From the NCBI GenBank assembly GCA_937870675.1, contig CALMZN010000002.1, positions 1 to 40,357 on the forward strand: a stretch of 40,357 nt of DNA. The letters are read 5' to 3'. This DNA is from an uncultured bacterium (GTDB taxonomy: Bacteria; Patescibacteriota; Patescibacteriia; UBA1558; GWA2-36-10). Positions 1 through 10,394 of this stretch are shown one piece after another. Position numbers and translations under genes: made by a program. Positions within the stretch are counted from its first letter, which is position 1. Each line of letters starts with the position of its first letter. The notes below the pieces were generated by a model, which was not told where the DNA came from, made no database searches, and worked only from the letters and a program-made list of their open reading frames with translations.

Positions 1-15
1 GAGCGGCCTGATTTG

Positions 16-91
16 TTAACCCCCTAAATCCCCCTTGACAGGGGGACTTTTTGAAATTCCGCCCCTGTTAAGTGGAGGTTGGAGGGGTTAA
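16..91 (-). repeat. Palindromic intergenic element (TTAACCCC...GGGGTTAA) directly after the uvrC stop; same family as 4959-5093
   Basis: Terminal IR 16-23/84-91 and hairpin TCCCCCT-TGAC-AGGGGGA at 29-46. Reverse complement of 58-90 matches 4959-4991 at 30/33 nt. Confidence 0.8.
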
Positions 92-1662
92 ATATTTTTC
101 TTGTGTAAATTGCGGTATTTTTTTATAGCAAACCTGTGCGCTTGATTACGCATATATTGGACAAATAGTGATAAAGGACTCAAGCGGGCTAGGCGAAGGG
201 AAGTTTTTTTATTGGGCAAAAATATTTCCTCTTCTTTTTTGGCCAAAGCCATGGTCTTGGCAGTCCAACTTTTTGGTAGAATTTTTGAGACCACACTGAG
301 TTGATTTTTACCACCATCCAAGATGATCAAATCCGGCTCGGGCCATTCCTTGTGTCTAATCCTACGACTCAAAACTTCTTGCATCATCCAAGCATCATTG
401 GGACCAGTCACATATTTTATTTTGAACCAGCGGTATTGGTCAGCGGCAATTTTGCCATCCTGAAAGACGACCATGGCGCCGACTGCCAGCGTGCCTTGAA
501 TATTAGAAATATCATAAATTTCAATACGACGCGGTAAGGTTTTTAATTTGAGCAATGCTTGCAGAGCGTTAAGCTGTTGCCATTTGGTCTGGTCAATATT
601 TCTTTCCAAATGATCTTGGGCATTTTTTTGTACTAGTTCTAGTAATTTTTTATTATGACCTTTTTTCGGTATTAGTATTTTTATTTTGTCACTTAAAATA
701 GTTTGCGTTTTATTTATTTTTCTTGGTAATAGTAGCCCGGCTGGTTGGTCTACTTTGTCACTATAAAATTGGTTGATAAAATTTTCAATAATTTCTGCTT
801 TCGAGAGCTTAGGTTCGTTTTGAATAATAAAATTAAATTTATCACCCAAAATTCCTTGGCGGATTTGCATAACGGTCAAAGCCACGGTTTGTCCGAAGCT
901 GACCAGATTAATAATATCTTGGTTGATATTTTTGGCCGAAATTACTTTTTGTTTGGCTTGCAGTTTTTGCAGGGACTGCAACTGGTCTCTTTTTATTTTG
1001 GCTAGTTCAAAGTTTTTTTCGGCGCTGAATTTTTTTAAGCACGTCAACAAATCGGTCTCTAGTTCTTTGGTATCGCCACGAATTATTTTTTTGGCTTGAT
1101 TTATTAGGTCGTTGTATTCATCGGCGGAAATTAATTTTTCACAAGGACCCAAACAGCGGTGCAGATGATATTCCAAACAAACTTTACCTTTTGGTAAATG
1201 TGTTAGATCGCGACCGCAAGTACGCAAAGGCAAAATGCGATGCAAAAGCCGGACAGTAGTGCGCGCCGCCAGAGTAGAAGTATAGGGGCCAAAATGCTGG
1301 CCTTTTCTTTTTTGTCGGCCATGAATGACCACAATGCGTGGAAAGGGCTCATTAGTAATTACTATGTAGCCCCAATTTTTGTCATCTTTCAAAACTATAT
1401 TGTATTTGGGTTGGTGTTTTTTTATTTGGCTGGCTTCTAGTAGCAAGCTTTCGGTTTCATTGTCTACTAGAGTGTAGCGGATGTGGGCGATTTCTTGGAG
1501 CATCAGCAGTTTTTGTTCAGTCAGCTCACTGCTTTTTTGCCAATAGGAAACTAAGCGGCTTTTTAGATTTTTGGCTTTGCCGATATAGATGATTTGACCC
1601 TGTTTGTTTAGGAAAAAATATACTCCAGGGCTTTTGGGTATTTTTTTGAAATCAGGTATCAT
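88..1662 (-). CDS. uvrC: Excinuclease ABC subunit C, lacking the C-terminal HhH domain
   Basis: GIY-YIG motif (PGVYFF...IIYIGKAKNL), Cys cluster, UVR coil, RNase H-like domain (YDISN, ILDGGKNQL, AHRFAI). ATG 1662 preferred over TTG 1698, which lies in the predicted -35 box. Confidence 0.95.
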   Translation of the reverse strand: MIPDFKKIPKSPGVYFFLNKQGQIIYIGKAKNLKSRLVSYWQKSSELTEQKLLMLQEIAHIRYTLVDNETESLLLEASQIKKHQPKYNIVLKDDKNWGYIVITNEPFPRIVVIHGRQKRKGQHFGPYTSTLAARTTVRLLHRILPLRTCGRDLTHLPKGKVCLEYHLHRCLGPCEKLISADEYNDLINQAKKIIRGDTKELETDLLTCLKKFSAEKNFELAKIKRDQLQSLQKLQAKQKVISAKNINQDIINLVSFGQTVALTVMQIRQGILGDKFNFIIQNEPKLSKAEIIENFINQFYSDKVDQPAGLLLPRKINKTQTILSDKIKILIPKKGHNKKLLELVQKNAQDHLERNIDQTKWQQLNALQALLKLKTLPRRIEIYDISNIQGTLAVGAMVVFQDGKIAADQYRWFKIKYVTGPNDAWMMQEVLSRRIRHKEWPEPDLIILDGGKNQLSVVSKILPKSWTAKTMALAKKEEEIFLPNKKTSLRLARLSPLSLFVQYMRNQAHRFAIKKYRNLHKKNI

Positions 1663-1668
1663 ACTCTT

Positions 1669-1698
1669 AATATAGCAGACATTAAATATTAAAAGCAA
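1669..1698 (-). promoter_or_regulatory. Sigma70-type promoter of uvrC, probably leaderless
   Basis: TTGCTT-N18-TATATT with extended -10 TG; -10 ends 6 nt before ATG 1662. Confidence 0.5.
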
Positions 1699-1786
1699 TT
1701 TTTGATTTTTTAATTGTTTTGAGATAAACTTTATAGCAGTGTTGTGTTCCGGCTGTTTTCATCCTAGCAGAGTGAGGAGGTGTCTT

Positions 1787-1966
1787 ATGAGTGACCCAAG
1801 CTTTCCGCAAGATCCGAGTCAGGATCCAGAGAGAAGGTTGTGTCTTCCCAATCTATGGGATGATGATGAGCTACAGATCCAACCCATCTTAGTTCCGGAG
1901 TCGTTTGTCGGGCGCGATGATCCCAAAGACCAACCGAGGACTGATGAGCCCTCAGAAGCTGTTTAG
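1787..1966 (+). CDS. Small acidic, Pro/Asp-rich hypothetical protein (59 aa)
   Basis: GAGGAGGTG Shine-Dalgarno just before ATG 1787 and a terminator-like hairpin just downstream. Confidence 0.55.
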   Translation: MSDPSFPQDPSQDPERRLCLPNLWDDDELQIQPILVPESFVGRDDPKDQPRTDEPSEAV

Positions 1967-1989
1967 TAGCCAAGGCTACACTGAGGATG

Positions 1990-2026
1990 GACCCGAGTCT
2001 TTAAGGAGGCTCGGGTCTTAAATTTG
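1990..2026 (+). terminator. Terminator-like hairpin
   Basis: GACCCGAGTCT (1990-2000) pairs with AGGCTCGGGTC (2007-2017) with one G-U; weak T-rich tail. Confidence 0.55.
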
Positions 2027-2044
2027 GCCAAGTGGCTCTAGTTA

Positions 2045-2073
2045 TTGACTTTGCGTCAAAGTCGTGATATCAT
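2045..2073 (+). promoter_or_regulatory. uvrA promoter with an overlapping inverted repeat
   Basis: TTGACT-N17-TATCAT; GACTTTG-CGT-CAAAGTC at 2047-2063. Confidence 0.6.
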
Positions 2074-2105
2074 TTGCAGGATATTATTTTTAAATTTTCG
2101 GACTC

Positions 2106-4958
2106 ATGCCAAAATATATTACTATCAAAGGCGCTAATGTCCATAACTTGAAAAATTTGTCGGTGAAAATTCCGCGCGACAAATTTGTGGTGATCACTGG
2201 TCTTTCGGGATCGGGAAAATCATCACTGGCCTTTGATACAATCTATGCCGAGGGGCAAAGACGTTATGTAGAATCATTATCGTCTTATGCTCGGCAGTTT
2301 TTGGGCTTGATGGACAAGCCCGACGTGGAAAGCATTGATGGTTTGTCGCCAGCTATTTCTATTGATCAGCGCTCCAGTTCACGCAATCCGCGATCGACTG
2401 TCGGCACAGTGACGGAAATTTATGATTATCAGCGCTTGTTGTATGCCAAAATTGGCATACCGCACTGCTACAAGTGCGGACAGCCAGTAGTCAAGCAGAC
2501 CATGCAACAAATTGCCGAAAAAATTTGGCAGTTGCCATCTGATACTGACTTTATGCTTTTGTCGCCTTTGGTTCAGGACAAAAAAGGCGAACACCGAGGA
2601 GCTTTGGACAGAGTCAAGATCGCTGGCTATCGTCGCGTGCGTTTGGATGGCGATATGCTGACTTTGGAAGACGCCCAAAATGTTGATTTGGATAAATACA
2701 AAAAGCATACCATTGAAGTAGTGGTGGATCGCTTGCGACGCGATGATACCAAAGAGACCAAGAGCCGTTTATTGCAGTCAATTGAAACTGCCCTGGATCT
2801 CAGCAATGGCTATATTTCAGTGCATTTGCCACAGGAGAAGAGAGATATTAATTTTAGTGAACATTTTACTTGCCCTAATCATCCGGAAATTTCTTTTGGA
2901 GAAATAGAGGCCAGGAATTTTTCTTTCAATAGTCCGCATGGCGCTTGTCCAGAATGCACTGGCTTGGGTACCAAGCTGACGGTTGATCCAGAATTAGTCA
3001 TACCCAACCCCAAGCTATCTATTGCCGAAGGCGCTATCCGTCCTTGGTCAAGGACTGCGGCCAACCAGTCTTGGTATGCGGCTATTTTGGAGGCCGTGGC
3101 CAAGAAGCATAAATTTTCTACTAGAGTAGCGGTCAATAAACTGACCAAAAAACAATTGGATATAGTGATGCACGGCACTGGTGATGAACGCTATGAATTA
3201 AATTTTTCCACCGATAGATTCAATGGAAATTACAGCCCAACTTTTGAAGGTGTCATACCAAATCTGGCGCGTCGCTACAAAGAAACAGACTCGGATTATA
3301 TCCGTGGCGAGATTGAACGCTATATGCGTATTGATCCTTGCGAGGTCTGCCAAGGCAAGCGCTTGAAGCCAGAAATTTTGGGTATCAAAGTAGCTGGTAA
3401 AAACATCGCCGAAGTATCAGCACTCAATATTGTGGAGTTGCAAAAGTTTTTTACTGAAGTACCAAAGCAACTCAATGAGCGAGAATTACAGATTGCCAAG
3501 CAGATTATCAAAGAAATCAAAGAGCGCTTGAATTTTATGCGCAATGTTGGTTTGGATTATCTGACTTTGGACAGAAACGCCAGCACGCTGTCAGGCGGTG
3601 AGGCCCAGCGCATTCGTCTGGCCACCCAAATCGGCTCTTCTTTGACTGGCGTTTTGTATATTTTGGATGAGCCATCCATTGGTTTGCATCAGCGTGATAA
3701 TGATCGCTTGATTGAGACCTTGAAAACTTTGCGCGACTTGGGCAACACGGTCATTGTGGTAGAGCATGATGAAGAAACCATACTCAACGCCGACTATGTC
3801 ATAGATATCGGTCCGGGCGCTGGCAAACATGGCGGAGAAGTGGTGGCTGAAGGCACGCCTCAGGCCATTATGCGCAACAAGAAATCTTTGACTGGCCAGT
3901 ATTTGCTTGGCGCCAAAACCATTCCCGTGCCAAAAAAGAATCGCGCTGGCAATGGCAAAATGCTGTCAGTCATTGGCGCTAGTGAATTTAATTTGAAAGA
4001 AATTGATGTTAATTTTCCTCTAGGCAAATTCATCAGCATCACGGGTGTTTCTGGCTCTGGCAAATCTACTTTGATGACGGAAATTTTGGCCAAGGCCTTG
4101 ACCAAACATTTTTATCGCTCCAAAGAAAATCCTGGTCAGCACAAAATGATCAAGGGCTTGGAATATATTGATAAAGTGATTGACATCGATCAGTCGCCAA
4201 TTGGTCGCACACCTCGGTCAAACTCCGCTACCTACACTGGCGTCTTTACTTACATCAGAGATTTGTTTGCCGAAGTGCCAGAAGCCAAAATTCGTGGCTA
4301 TCAAGCCGGACGCTTTAGCTTCAATGTCAAAGGCGGTCGTTGTGAAGCTTGTCAGGGCGATGGCGTGATCAAGATTGAAATGAATTTTTTGCCCAATGTC
4401 TATGTAGAGTGCAAAGAATGTCATGGCCACAGATATAATAATGAAGCGCTAGAGATACACTACAAAGGAAAAAATATTTCTGAAGTTTTGCAGATGACTG
4501 TTGAAGAGGCCATGAATTTCTTTGTCAATATTCCCAATATTTATAACAAACTAAAAACTCTTTTTGATGTGGGCTTGGGCTATATCCAGCTGGGCCAATC
4601 AGCCACCACACTGTCTGGTGGTGAAGCCCAACGCATCAAGTTAGCCACGGAATTATCGCGTCGCTCTTCTGGTAAGACACTGTATATACTAGATGAGCCA
4701 ACCACTGGTTTGCACTTTGATGATGTCAAAAGATTGCTAGAAGTTTTGCATCGCTTGGTGGACAAAGGCAACACCGTGCTAGTGATTGAGCACAATCTTG
4801 ATGTGATCAAAAGCTCGGACTGGGTCATAGACCTTGGGCCAGAAGGCGGAGATAAAGGTGGCTATCTAGTGGCCGAAGGCACGCCAAAGCAAGTGGCTAA
4901 AGTAAAAAATAGTTATACCGGACAATATCTGGCCAAGATGTTTAATAAAGCGAAATAA
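2106..4958 (+). CDS. uvrA: Excinuclease ABC subunit A
   Basis: Two Walker A motifs ([18 protein letters not shown]), two LSGGEAQRI signatures, CxxC zinc fingers, 950 aa. Confidence 0.99.
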   Translation: MPKYITIKGANVHNLKNLSVKIPRDKFVVITGLSGSGKSSLAFDTIYAEGQRRYVESLSSYARQFLGLMDKPDVESIDGLSPAISIDQRSSSRNPRSTVGTVTEIYDYQRLLYAKIGIPHCYKCGQPVVKQTMQQIAEKIWQLPSDTDFMLLSPLVQDKKGEHRGALDRVKIAGYRRVRLDGDMLTLEDAQNVDLDKYKKHTIEVVVDRLRRDDTKETKSRLLQSIETALDLSNGYISVHLPQEKRDINFSEHFTCPNHPEISFGEIEARNFSFNSPHGACPECTGLGTKLTVDPELVIPNPKLSIAEGAIRPWSRTAANQSWYAAILEAVAKKHKFSTRVAVNKLTKKQLDIVMHGTGDERYELNFSTDRFNGNYSPTFEGVIPNLARRYKETDSDYIRGEIERYMRIDPCEVCQGKRLKPEILGIKVAGKNIAEVSALNIVELQKFFTEVPKQLNERELQIAKQIIKEIKERLNFMRNVGLDYLTLDRNASTLSGGEAQRIRLATQIGSSLTGVLYILDEPSIGLHQRDNDRLIETLKTLRDLGNTVIVVEHDEETILNADYVIDIGPGAGKHGGEVVAEGTPQAIMRNKKSLTGQYLLGAKTIPVPKKNRAGNGKMLSVIGASEFNLKEIDVNFPLGKFISITGVSGSGKSTLMTEILAKALTKHFYRSKENPGQHKMIKGLEYIDKVIDIDQSPIGRTPRSNSATYTGVFTYIRDLFAEVPEAKIRGYQAGRFSFNVKGGRCEACQGDGVIKIEMNFLPNVYVECKECHGHRYNNEALEIHYKGKNISEVLQMTVEEAMNFFVNIPNIYNKLKTLFDVGLGYIQLGQSATTLSGGEAQRIKLATELSRRSSGKTLYILDEPTTGLHFDDVKRLLEVLHRLVDKGNTVLVIEHNLDVIKSSDWVIDLGPEGGDKGGYLVAEGTPKQVAKVKNSYTGQYLAKMFNKAK

Positions 4959-5093
4959 TAACCCCTCCAACCTCCCCTTGACAGGGGAGGAACATTTAAG
5001 CCCCCTATTGTCTCGCCCAGGGGGCGATCACCCTCTGGGTGAAAAGGGGGTTCCTGCCTGCCGGCAGGCAGGTGGGGGATTAGGGGTGGGTTA
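4959..5093 (+). repeat. Palindromic element after the uvrA stop, with two nested palindromic inserts
   Basis: Starts TAACCCCTCCAACCTCCCCTTGACAGGGGAGGA like the uvrC copy. Extra double hairpin at 5013-5042 and perfect palindrome CCTGCCTGCCGGCAGGCAGG at 5053-5072. Confidence 0.8.
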
Positions 5094-5126
5094 AATAATC
5101 TTGGCCAGTATTTTTTTGGTTATTTG

Positions 5127-5155
5127 TTGAAAAAAAGTGTTTTTAGGGTTAAGAT
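5127..5155 (+). promoter_or_regulatory. Sigma70-type promoter, probably leaderless
   Basis: TTGAAA-N17-TAAGAT, ending 6 nt before ATG 5162. Confidence 0.5.
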
Positions 5156-5161
5156 TAAGTC

Positions 5162-6106
5162 ATGTTGAACGATTTGGAAAAATCCATTATCAAGACCATT
5201 GCTTATTTTGATGTTTTTAATTTTCCTCTGACTACTTTAGAAATCTGGAAGTGGCTTTATCGCCCTCGAGAAAAATACACCTTGCAGGAGGTGCGTGAGG
5301 TCTTGGAAAGCAGTTTGGAGTTGCAAAATAGGGTGACTTTGCAAGAAGGATTTTTTTCCCTGAAAAAAAGGGACAATATTTACCTGTTGAGAAAACAAAA
5401 TAATAACTGGGCAGAAAGAAAGTTTCAAAAAACCGTACGCTTGGTTAAAATTTTTCGTTATTTACCTTTTGTGCGCATGATCGCGGTCTGTAATAATTTG
5501 TCATACAGCAATTCAAAGGATTCCAGCGATATTGATTTGTTTATTATTACCAAAAAAAATCAGATTTGGCTGGCCAGATGTTATTGCTTACTGATATTAA
5601 AATTTTTTGGTTTGCGTCCCAGCATAGAAAATCATCGCGACAAATTTTGCTTAAGTTTTTTTATTGACGAGGGCTATTTGGATATGCAAGGTGTGATGCT
5701 CGGTCAGCATGATGTGCATTTTGTTTATTGGTTTTCCCAATTTTTGCCAATTTATGATCCCGACAATTTGTTTGCCAAATTGCGGACAGCCAATTCCTGG
5801 TGCCAGGAATATTTGCCCAATGCCTATGCTAATGAATTCATTAACAAAGTAGAGCCGATTTTTTTGTCAGATTTGCTTGGCAAAGTAGTAAGTTTTTTTA
5901 GCCAATTGCCAATCATTGCTGGCTGGCTATACAATCAAGCGCGTGTTTTGCAGATCAAGATTATTGATCACAATATGCGAGCCATGGTCAATATAGACAC
6001 TAGAGTGATTATCAATGAACAAATGCTCAAGTTTCATTCTAATGATCGCCGTGACCAATATTTTCACCAGTGGAAAGAGCGGGTAAAGCAATTATTGACC
6101 CCGTGA
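5162..6106 (+). CDS. Nucleotidyltransferase-fold (pol beta-like) hypothetical protein
   Basis: SSDIDLFII DxD motif after a degenerate G-S loop. Stop TGA lies within the adjacent TIR element. Confidence 0.65.
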   Translation: MLNDLEKSIIKTIAYFDVFNFPLTTLEIWKWLYRPREKYTLQEVREVLESSLELQNRVTLQEGFFSLKKRDNIYLLRKQNNNWAERKFQKTVRLVKIFRYLPFVRMIAVCNNLSYSNSKDSSDIDLFIITKKNQIWLARCYCLLILKFFGLRPSIENHRDKFCLSFFIDEGYLDMQGVMLGQHDVHFVYWFSQFLPIYDPDNLFAKLRTANSWCQEYLPNAYANEFINKVEPIFLSDLLGKVVSFFSQLPIIAGWLYNQARVLQIKIIDHNMRAMVNIDTRVIINEQMLKFHSNDRRDQYFHQWKERVKQLLTP

Positions 6107-6210
6107 AATAAATTTAATTTGCGTTAGCATAAAAAAAAGAACGAGTTAACAATTTAGATAAAAAGTTAATATATTATTTTAATAATTAAATTTATTTCAC
6201 GGGGTCAATA
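6093..6210. mobile_element. MITE-like element with perfect 27-bp terminal inverted repeats
   Basis: TATTGACCCCGTGAAATAAATTTAATT (6093-6119) and its exact reverse complement (6184-6210) around a 64-nt AT-rich core; related copies elsewhere in the window. Confidence 0.75.
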
Positions 6211-6213
6211 TTT

Positions 6214-7524
6214 ATGAGCAAAAATTTTATACAAAAAAGTTTTGTTTTTCTATTAAGCTTTTTTGTTTTTGTTATCCCTTGGCAAAGTCGATTTATCTAT
6301 AAAGATATCATGCTGGAGGGTCAAATTTGGCAGTTTGGACGCTTGAGTATCTATGCCAGCATGTTGGTTTTGTTCGCCACGGCTTTGGCTTTTGGCTGGC
6401 ATCGTCGTGAGCAGTGGCACTTGTCCAAAAATAAATGGTGGTATGGTTTATTTTTTTATGGCTTGGCCGTCTGTCTTAGTAAGCCCCTACCGCTTTTAGG
6501 TCTTTATTATTTGTTTATTATTTTTGCCGCGATTTTGTTTATCTGGCTGGCACAATATGTCAATAAAAAAAATATTTTGTGGGCTTTGTTGCTTGGTGGT
6601 TTAGGGCAGAGTATTTTGGCAATTTATCAAGGGCTTACGCAAAATATTAGCGCCAACAAATGGCTAGGTATGGCTGAGCAATTAGCCCAAAATCGCGGTG
6701 TGTCTGTTTTGGAGAGCGGGGATATGCGTATTTTAAGGGCTTATGGCGCTTTGCCTCATCCCAATATTTTAGCTGGTTTTTTGGTTTTGGCAATTTTGGC
6801 TGGCTTATATTTGTGGCACAGCATTTACGTCCAAAGCGAACAAGCAGATTGGCAAATTAAAAAAATAAGAAAATATACGCTTAGTTTATGTCTGGTGATA
6901 GTTAGCTTGGTATTGATGAGCTTTGCACTGCTGGCTACTTTTTCTCGTAGCGCCCTGCTAGCAATGCTTGCCACCTTATTGTTTATTTTTGTTTTCAGTA
7001 TAATAAAAAAAGACCGACTTACTATTTATGTGTTTATCAAATACGCGGTTTTGTTGTTTATTACTTTTTTTGCTTTTAATTTGTATTATCCTAATCTATG
7101 GGCTAGCCGTTTTGATTTAAATAATCGTTTGGAAGCCAAATCAATAGAGGACAGGGGCTTGACCTATGGCCAACTGAGTTGGGGCAATCCCCAAGAAATT
7201 ATTTTTGGTCAGGGCTTGGGCTTGAATACTTATTGGGCCCATAAAAAAACCACGCCCTTGTCTGTTGATCAGATGCAACCTATTCACAATTGGTATTTAC
7301 TGGCTTTGACTGAAGTGGGTCTGGTAGGTGTATTTATGTTTTTGGTGTTATTATATTTTTATCTTAAAAAAAGTTTGTTTATAAAAAATAAAAACCAAAT
7401 TTGGTCTTGGAGTTTTGTTTTGTTAATATTGTTATTGGGATTGTTTGATCACTACTTGTGGACTTCTTGGACTGGCTGGCTGATGGTGGGGATAGTAGTA
7501 GCTATCGTTCATAATAAAGAATAA
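6214..7524 (+). CDS. O-antigen ligase (Wzy_C/WaaL-like) family membrane protein
   Basis: Many TM segments; RAYGALPHPNILAGFL, TFSRSA, PIHNWYLLALTEVGLVG, GLFDHY motifs. Confidence 0.85.
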   Translation: MSKNFIQKSFVFLLSFFVFVIPWQSRFIYKDIMLEGQIWQFGRLSIYASMLVLFATALAFGWHRREQWHLSKNKWWYGLFFYGLAVCLSKPLPLLGLYYLFIIFAAILFIWLAQYVNKKNILWALLLGGLGQSILAIYQGLTQNISANKWLGMAEQLAQNRGVSVLESGDMRILRAYGALPHPNILAGFLVLAILAGLYLWHSIYVQSEQADWQIKKIRKYTLSLCLVIVSLVLMSFALLATFSRSALLAMLATLLFIFVFSIIKKDRLTIYVFIKYAVLLFITFFAFNLYYPNLWASRFDLNNRLEAKSIEDRGLTYGQLSWGNPQEIIFGQGLGLNTYWAHKKTTPLSVDQMQPIHNWYLLALTEVGLVGVFMFLVLLYFYLKKSLFIKNKNQIWSWSFVLLILLLGLFDHYLWTSWTGWLMVGIVVAIVHNKE

Positions 7525-7562
7525 AAAAGCCCTAGCCGCCGTGTGTAATCGGTGGCTAGGGC
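7523..7562 (-). terminator. Intrinsic terminator between convergent genes
   Basis: GCCCTAGCCGCCG/CGGTGGCTAGGGC stem preceded by A6, giving a U-tract on the minus strand. Confidence 0.7.
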
Positions 7563-7580
7563 ACGAAGTCGAAAAGAACA

Positions 7581-7826
7581 TCACAACACCACATTCTTGG
7601 CGCTGTTGTGCAACCAGTGCCTGAAATCGAGGGCGCGAGCCATGATGTAGGCGCCGAAAAAGAGCATGACGTGAAACAGGTCTAAAACTCCCTCCCCGAA
7701 CCTCATCTTTGAATATCTCAGGAACTTGGTGATGTTGTCAGGCAGATTCATGCCCCAGATGCAGATGGTGTAGAAGAGTCGAAGGAATTTGTCGATCAGG
7801 CGATTCTTGTGGTAGATAGTGCGCAT
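7581..7826 (-). CDS. Small hypothetical protein (81 aa), possibly membrane-associated
   Basis: GGGAGGTG 4 nt before ATG; terminator right after the stop; no competing ORF. Confidence 0.6.
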   Translation of the reverse strand: MRTIYHKNRLIDKFLRLFYTICIWGMNLPDNITKFLRYSKMRFGEGVLDLFHVMLFFGAYIMARALDFRHWLHNSAKNVVL

Positions 7827-7897
7827 GTTTCACCTCCCAAGTGGTGGATGTTTCTATTCACGATAGTTCAAATGAAATCATTTTATTGGATATTTGT

Positions 7898-7929
7898 CAA
7901 CCTTCGAGGTTGCTCAACCTCGAAGGTTG
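7898..7929. repeat. REP-like perfect 15-bp inverted repeat
   Basis: CAACCTTCGAGGTTG-CT-CAACCTCGAAGGTTG; each arm is also a small hairpin. Confidence 0.75.
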
Positions 7930-7944
7930 GTCAAGTCATAATAC

Positions 7945-7973
7945 TTGACAATTTTTGGTTAGCACTCTAAAAT
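7945..7973 (+). promoter_or_regulatory. groESL sigma70 promoter
   Basis: TTGACA-N17-TAAAAT. Confidence 0.8.
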
Positions 7974-7985
7974 AGAGAGTGCTAA
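7959..7985 (+). promoter_or_regulatory. CIRCE element (HrcA operator)
   Basis: Perfect consensus TTAGCACTC-N9-GAGTGCTAA upstream of groES. Confidence 0.97.
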
Positions 7986-7991
7986 TTTGAC

Positions 7992-8132
7992 TTCACCCCG
8001 TTAAATAAATTTAATTAACAGGGTGTGAATATTGAGTAAATAAAACATTAAAATTAGCCTTTATAATTTTTAATGATTTAATAATTAAATTTAATTTTTG
8101 CGCCAAGCGCAAAAATTATTTAACGGGGTGAA
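7992..8132. mobile_element. MITE-like TIR element in the groES 5' UTR, with a nested palindrome
   Basis: TTCACCCCGTTAAATAA/TTATTTAACGGGGTGAA 17-bp IR; right arm interrupted by ATTTTTGCGCCAAGCGCAAAAATTA (8094-8118). Confidence 0.75.
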
Positions 8133-8133
8133 T

Positions 8134-8409
8134 ATGAAGTTAAAACCATTAGGTGATAGGGTGATTGTCAAACCATTACCCAAAGAAGAAACTACCAAGG
8201 CCGGTATTATATTGCCAGAAACAGTCAACAAAGAATCTCGTCAAGAAGGTGAAATAATTGCTATTGGCCGTGGAGAAAAAATTGTAAAATTAAATTTGGC
8301 TATTGGCCAAAAAGTTGTTTTTTCTGAATACGGCGGTTCGGAAATAAAAATAGACGGCGTGGAACACAAAATTTTGAATCATGATGATTTATTGGCCGTG
8401 ATTGAATAA
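8134..8409 (+). CDS. groES: Co-chaperonin GroES
   Basis: MKLKPLGDRVIVK...GIILP...DLLAVIE; ATG 8134 preceded by GGGGTG. Confidence 0.97.
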   Translation: MKLKPLGDRVIVKPLPKEETTKAGIILPETVNKESRQEGEIIAIGRGEKIVKLNLAIGQKVVFSEYGGSEIKIDGVEHKILNHDDLLAVIE

Positions 8410-8420
8410 TTTTTTCTAAT

Positions 8421-8572
8421 TGTCATCTTCGGGCTCCCGCCCGACACGCCTCTGACGGCAGTCAAGGCGGGCGGGTGACCCGGAGATCCAAAAGTTTAAG
8501 TGTGGATTCCTGCCTTCGCCCGCTTCGCTTCGAGGCGAGCAGGAATGACGTAGAAAATAGGCAGGGATGACA
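8421..8572. repeat. GTCAT...ATGAC palindromic repeat (dRS3/RPE-like style) with two nested inserts
   Basis: Removing 8436-8475 and 8520-8540 leaves GTCATCTTCGGGCTTGACCCGGAGATCCA...TGGATTCCTGCCTTCGCAGGAATGAC. Confidence 0.7.
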
Positions 8573-8603
8573 TTAATAATAAACTTTATAAATTAAAATT
8601 TAA

Positions 8604-10253
<1,650 letters not shown>

Positions 10254-10313
10254 TCCCACAAAATCATTTCGAGTCGCTTTAGTTGGGGGGATAAAATAAA
10301 TTTAGTCAATATA

Positions 10314-10355
10314 AAAAACTCCTGTCGAGCTTAGTTTGATGGGGGTTTTTGTTTT
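10314..10355 (+). terminator. groEL intrinsic terminator
   Basis: G-U-rich stem AAAAACTCCTGTCGAGC/GTTTGATGGGGGTTTTT followed by GTTTT. Confidence 0.55.
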
Positions 10356-10394
10356 GTGATAATTTCTGTTATAATATAGAAGTAAAAAAATCCT

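Noticed and set aside
8098-8133. TTG-started N-terminal extension of GroES
   Set aside because: Encoded by the repeat element; canonical GroES starts at ATG 8134.
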